From assembly GCA_002269645.1 (NCBI GenBank), contig NIVC01000046.1, forward strand, positions 140,106-204,105: 64,000 bases of DNA, in the 5' to 3' direction. The translations under genes and the position numbers were made by a program. This stretch comes from Macrostomum lignano. Taxonomy: Eukaryota. Each line of letters opens with the position of its first letter. The stretch's first letter is position 1. The notes under the pieces were generated by a model. It saw only the letters and a list, made by a program, of their open reading frames with translations, made no database searches and was not told the DNA's origin. This document shows, one piece after another, positions 61,601 through 64,000 of the stretch.

Positions 61601-62879
61601 TTACTTCAAAACCTTCTACATGTACCTGCATGTAATTGAATATACCTCTAAATTATTAAATTTCTGAACTTTTCGCACTACGATTTCTGTATGCGTATTT
61701 TGTATTAAGCACTCCTACTACTATAGTTTCAATATATACTACACATGTACGAGCAATAATAAGTTTGATTCGTCCTACGAGCATAGAGTCGATCTGAAAC
61801 ACAGTGCATCAACCTTTGTTCGACATGTAAATGTACAATGAACAATTAAATGTGCATTTGGTGATCAAGCCGATCTTGAAGCAGCTATAAAATGCAAAGG
61901 TTCCATCTCATATCTTTCCAAAACTTGGTTGCTGACAACCTTGTAACGACGACTTTTTTTCAGAAAACGTCGTGATCTCGAAAGCACGCAATACAGACTT
62001 TGCAAAGTTCTCTAGACAAAAGTGATTAGATCGATGTACTGTATGTTACGGAGAGTAAGTTAAATTAGTACATTTTAGAGTTTTGAGTTAGAAAAGATCC
62101 GAAGCTCATAGTGTGTGCAGTGTTAAACCTCCACATTTATTATACTAAATTATTATATGTTTTGGTGAAAAATAATGTAATTTATGCATATTCCGTGTTA
62201 ATTATTGTATACAAACCCTAAAATCAAAGTTGAATAATATTCAGCAAGTAATATTTGCACTAAGTAGTACTAAAAACAAGAAGATTTACTAGAATATGAA
62301 TAGTGTCATCCCTATTATATACAGCTGTAACTTTTACCAGTAACTAAAGCCTTAAGCCAGTTCTTAACGATTTATGTATCCGATTTTTCTTCGAAGTACA
62401 CTTTCTACCATCAGTTTGTTTTAACAGCAACTTTTTATTTAATTATCCCATAGAATGAGGTAAGCAATTTATATCTGGCTTCCACCGAAAATTTGACGAA
62501 ACATTGTAGAATAAGTTTTCATACTTTTATTGATTTTTATTTAGACTTGAATAAACATCCTTAAAATCTTTGCGTTCGCTAGCGATTGCAAGGCCTTCTT
62601 TTGTTTAAATCCTTTGACCTTCAAGCATTTAAACCCCCAGATCAGATCTATTTCAGTTCACCCTTTGCTCTATTAAATGCTCTCGCTATCATTTCGTTAT
62701 ATTTTCAAATCGGTGCAAACTTCTGACATAGTGTAACAAAAACTCCGCAGCAATTTGAGTATGTTCGTTGCAATTGTTCGCTCGTTTGTTAATTTTATTC
62801 CTAGGAATTCGCTGCCCGAGAGGCAGGCGCTGAAGCTGCTACTGAAGTCCGCGCTAAAACGCAGCCTAAACTTCAATAA
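38420..62879 (+). CDS. RGS22: RGS22-like multi-RGS-domain protein, complete gene, 27 exons, about 1562 aa
   Basis: Phase-consistent chain 38420-38432, 38524-38615, 38710-38888, 38987-39099, 39873-40306, 41423-41910, 43100-43520, 44118-44389, 45066-45173, 46221-46415, 48279-48456, 49174-49242, 50130-50159, 51263-51325, 51651-52004, 53545-53636, 54369-54693, 55160-55273, 56016-56228, 57340-57438, 57697-57774, 58217-58264, 58614-58805, 59004-59102, 59736-59925, 61079-61233, 62805-62879 (4689 nt). RGS22-type motifs [63 protein letters not shown]. Confidence 0.88.
38524..38615 (+). CDS. RGS22: RGS22-like exon 2
   Basis: ttccag|AG...[22 protein letters not shown]|gtgagt versus RGS22 FEDSLATDDFLVDYFNEFLSLP; exon 1 is ATG GAT CGA AAA G at 38420-38432. 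Confidence 0.92.
38710..38888 (+). CDS. RGS22: RGS22-like exon 3
   Basis: atgcag|AFPQVLQY...[13 protein letters not shown]|gtgagc. Confidence 0.9.
38987..39099 (+). CDS. RGS22: RGS22-like exon 4
   Basis: ttccag|[17 protein letters not shown]...|gtgggt. Confidence 0.9.
39309..39715. repeat. 16-bp GC-rich minisatellite
   Basis: Unit tggtgctggcgcccct. Confidence 0.95.
39873..40306 (+). CDS. RGS22: RGS22-like exon 5 (acidic linker)
   Basis: acccag|GC TCC ATG...YQ|gtgtga; phases 1 to 0. Confidence 0.85.
40361..40676 (+). mobile_element. tRNA-derived SINE family B
   Basis: Head ggggtcgtagccctgtggtttagcgc (A-box-like), tail gtcgcttaaagtgcgccagggt; 4 copies in window. Confidence 0.7.
41194..41315 (+). 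mobile_element. 5'-truncated CORE-type SINE (family A)
   Basis: aacaatttgtgtccttgagcaagacagttaactctgc...tgtaaaatggg...ggcgacccccagtccttgg matches 59315-59440. Confidence 0.85.
41423..41910 (+). CDS. RGS22: RGS22-like exon 6, RGS-like domain
   Basis: [25 protein letters not shown]...[16 protein letters not shown]|gtaggt; acceptor 41423 (ccaag) or 41477 (ctacag), both in frame. Confidence 0.9.
41990..42995. repeat. 20-bp minisatellite, about 50 copies
   Basis: Unit gagtttagtgccttagacag. Confidence 0.95.
43100..43520 (+). CDS. RGS22: RGS22-like exon 7
   Basis: ctgcag|A TAC (RYIIHKE)...[10 protein letters not shown]...CLMFFQE|gtgatt. Confidence 0.9.
43718..43970. repeat. 21-bp minisatellite
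   Basis: Unit gttacctgttggatacggagt. Confidence 0.95.
44118..44389 (+). CDS. RGS22: RGS22-like exon 8, RGS-like domain
   Basis: aatcag|VEEY...AWNIFNRYL...VFAKAQDSV...WLRFL...|gtgagt. Confidence 0.9.
44406..44570. repeat. 16-bp minisatellite
   Basis: Unit tgtaatgtgtagattc. Confidence 0.95.
44596..44850 (+). mobile_element. hAT-like MITE remnant with GA-rich interior
   Basis: cggggtcggcaaagttttttacctcaagggccgg resembles the inverted end at 27460-27487; second TIR not found. Confidence 0.4.
45066..45173 (+). CDS. RGS22: RGS22-like exon 9
   Basis: atccag|A TCA...[18 protein letters not shown]|gtgaga; phase 2 to 2. Confidence 0.8.
46221..46415 (+). CDS. RGS22: RGS22-like exon 10
   Basis: agtcag|A CAG...[11 protein letters not shown]|gtattt; phase 2 to 2. 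Confidence 0.7.
46570..46850. repeat. 44-bp minisatellite, 7 copies, each with ATTGGCTG (CCAAT box)
   Basis: ATTGG at 46575, 46615, 46660, 46704, 46748, 46792, 46836. Confidence 0.9.
47545..48070. repeat. Polypurine GA/G-rich tract
   Basis: About 520 nt almost only G and A. Confidence 0.9.
48279..48456 (+). CDS. RGS22: RGS22-like exon 11 (charged helix)
   Basis: ctctcag|A TCC...[42 protein letters not shown]|gtgagc. Confidence 0.88.
48610..48750. repeat. CT-rich tract
   Basis: Direct reading. Confidence 0.8.
49174..49242 (+). CDS. RGS22: RGS22-like exon 12 (69 nt, symmetric)
   Basis: gaaag|[23 protein letters not shown]|gtaaaa. Confidence 0.55.
50130..50159 (+). CDS. RGS22: RGS22-like microexon 13 (30 nt, symmetric)
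   Basis: ttctacag|[10 protein letters not shown]|gtaaaa. Confidence 0.55.
51263..51325 (+). CDS. RGS22: RGS22-like exon 14 (63 nt, symmetric)
   Basis: ttaaaag|[21 protein letters not shown]|gtatcc. Confidence 0.6.
51651..52004 (+). CDS. RGS22: RGS22-like exon 15 (3' end ambiguous; frame stays open to 52937)
   Basis: cttacag|CTA GGA...FDFVK|gtgagt, phase 0 as required by exon 16. Confidence 0.7.
53545..53636 (+). CDS. RGS22: RGS22-like exon 16
   Basis: ctacag|[32 protein letters not shown]|gtgagt; phase 2 matches 54369. Confidence 0.75.
54062..54230. repeat. 30-bp minisatellite, about 6 copies
   Basis: Unit tggcatctcagcaactcaccctataagcct. Confidence 0.9.
54369..54693 (+). CDS. RGS22: RGS22-like exon 17, RGS-like domain
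   Basis: [10 protein letters not shown]...[11 protein letters not shown]...[11 protein letters not shown]...LFSNFWQ|gtgagt. Confidence 0.88.
55160..55273 (+). CDS. RGS22: RGS22-like exon 18
   Basis: ttttcag|YQSEEMG...GRRGKK|gtgcgg. Confidence 0.8.
55487..55718. repeat. (CAGA)n microsatellite, imperfect
   Basis: Direct reading. Confidence 0.95.
56016..56228 (+). CDS. RGS22: RGS22-like exon 19
   Basis: acccag|SDSQG...NLLRDFVQ|gtattt. Confidence 0.75.
56596..56906. repeat. Telomere-like 13/14-bp array (CCCCAACCCCTCAA)n
   Basis: Direct reading; G-rich strand is (TTGAGGGGTTGGGG)n. Confidence 0.92.
57340..57438 (+). CDS. RGS22: RGS22-like exon 20 (basic)
   Basis: cccaag|[33 protein letters not shown]|gtaaca; symmetric. 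Confidence 0.55.
57697..57774 (+). CDS. RGS22: RGS22-like exon 21
   Basis: attcag|ETNNAS...LAYSK|gtgtgg; symmetric. Confidence 0.6.
58217..58264 (+). CDS. RGS22: RGS22-like exon 22 (48 nt)
   Basis: ttttatcccag|[16 protein letters not shown]|gtataa; symmetric. Confidence 0.65.
58614..58805 (+). CDS. RGS22: RGS22-like exon 23, start of last RGS-like domain
   Basis: gctag|ATGK...FYRYLMQY...[12 protein letters not shown]|gtaaga. Confidence 0.9.
59004..59102 (+). CDS. RGS22: RGS22-like exon 24
   Basis: cacag|EF...[21 protein letters not shown]|gtgagg. Confidence 0.9.
59240..59512 (+). mobile_element. Full-length tRNA-derived CORE-type SINE (family A)
   Basis: A-box tagcctagcgg, B-box ggttcgattcc, body tgtgtccttgagcaagacacttaac...cagctgtaaaatggg resembling the MIR/AFC CORE, (ATT)n tail. 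Confidence 0.85.
59736..59925 (+). CDS. RGS22: RGS22-like exon 25
   Basis: atgcag|ITVSND...[22 protein letters not shown]...G|gtgagt. Confidence 0.92.
61079..61233 (+). CDS. RGS22: RGS22-like exon 26
   Basis: ttttccag|TG...[12 protein letters not shown]|gtgagt; phase 1 to 0. Confidence 0.85.
62805..62879 (+). CDS. RGS22: RGS22-like last coding exon 27
   Basis: ttcctag|[27 protein letters not shown]. Confidence 0.75.
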   Translation, partial: EFAAREAGAEAATEVRAKTQPKLQ

Positions 62880-63001
62880 TCCACTGAGCTCCATAATTTA
62901 TGTGGTAGAATATTTTAGTACATTCCGTACGTGAGAGTATATGTACGAGTAGAATACTGCTTAATCTGTTGTTAGTGAAAACCCGTTGCATAAGCTAACA
63001 C

Positions 63002-63007
63002 AATAAA
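63002..63007 (+). terminator. Candidate polyadenylation signal AATAAA
   Basis: About 120 nt after the RGS22-like stop. Confidence 0.45.
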
Positions 63008-64000
63008 AATCTGGTGATGGGAGATTTGATTATTGTAATGGTTTTGGGTAGTGTTGTATTTTATGATGTGCTTCTAAGCTATTATGTCTTACGCATAGAA
63101 ACTAATGTTGCAGAGCTGGTCCTTTAGTATAGCTAAAACAGTTCTGAGAATTGTAGACTAAGTTTTTAAGCTCGTTGTCTCGTACCGATTTGAATATTCG
63201 ACAAATGTTTATATAACTCTTAGAGACACTCTTTTTAATTTGTTAGAAGTGTAAGCCATCATTTTTAATCGAATGATGTTATAAAATCTGTGCGCTTTTA
63301 TACGTATCTCGATGTTGTCTATCAAAAAATGATCTCCAAAACTAGCTACTAGTAATATTTGTGCCAAAAATGTTTTAAAATACATGCAGGACGACGACGA
63401 TAAGAGACCGAGAAGGTTTGTGGCACTCTAAAAACTTTTTTAGCATGAAACGAATAAATAGAGCGCGCATTTCCTTTCTCACAGAAAGAAAACACGAATT
63501 CTTCTTTTAAATCGACCTGACTTTAAACGATTTTTATTAGGCTCTAGCTGTAACAAAATTGAAGTGTGATAAATTGTTGTCGATTTCTTAAGTAACCATT
63601 TTAACTTATACATGTCGAGCGATGCATGTCGAAAAATCGGAAAATCATGTCGAATCGATCGGCTGCATAGAAGATTCAAACTTTCGCCATAAATAGGATT
63701 TTTGGAAAAAGTTTGAAACATGATGAACTTCCTATAATCTGGATATGGCCGATCGAAAACTGCTGTTCATTAAAATCTCAGAAGTCGAAGGACTCTACCA
63801 CTCGATTTTCTAAGATATGTGTCGAAGGCCGGTAACGAATGTGCATTTGTTGTTTCGCTGGTGCATTTCTAGAACAGCATGCTTTCAGGAATGAGATTTT
63901 CTTTGGCGAAAAAGAAATTCTAAGCATCCTAAAATACACTAGCAATACGACACACATAATTTGGATAACTACGCTCTCCAGCTCACCCCAGCAGCAATCC

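Overview
Intron-rich animal genomic DNA. The best guess is a Macrostomum-like free-living flatworm, inferred from polyQ/polyA-rich exons and minisatellite-filled introns; this is not proven. Three genes were reconstructed by hand with phase-consistent GT-AG exon chains. (1) Enhancer of polycomb (EPC), minus strand, 2 exons, 550 aa. (2) Directly upstream on the same strand, an MBD5/MBD6-like gene, 3 coding exons, about 602 aa, whose MBD is invisible in the ORF track because an intron splits it. (3) A complete RGS22-like multi-RGS gene on the plus strand, 27 exons, about 1560 aa, 38420-62879. Also present: the probable 5' part of a fourth gene running off the left edge (MGCTSS start), an orphan WSC-domain fragment, two tRNA-derived SINE families (one CORE-type), hAT-like MITEs, a fold-back element carrying a satellite, and about 20 distinct tandem-repeat arrays. 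Most long ORFs in the track are repeat artefacts. The main finding is the tandem MBD5/6->EPC pair, the same order and orientation as human MBD5->EPC2 at 2q23.1, suggesting ancient microsynteny. Next are a perfect 18-bp, ATG-packed hairpin with alternative donors in the MBD5/6 leader, and a 310-codon open read-through in the RGS22-like gene. All homology calls come from motif recall; no database search was run.
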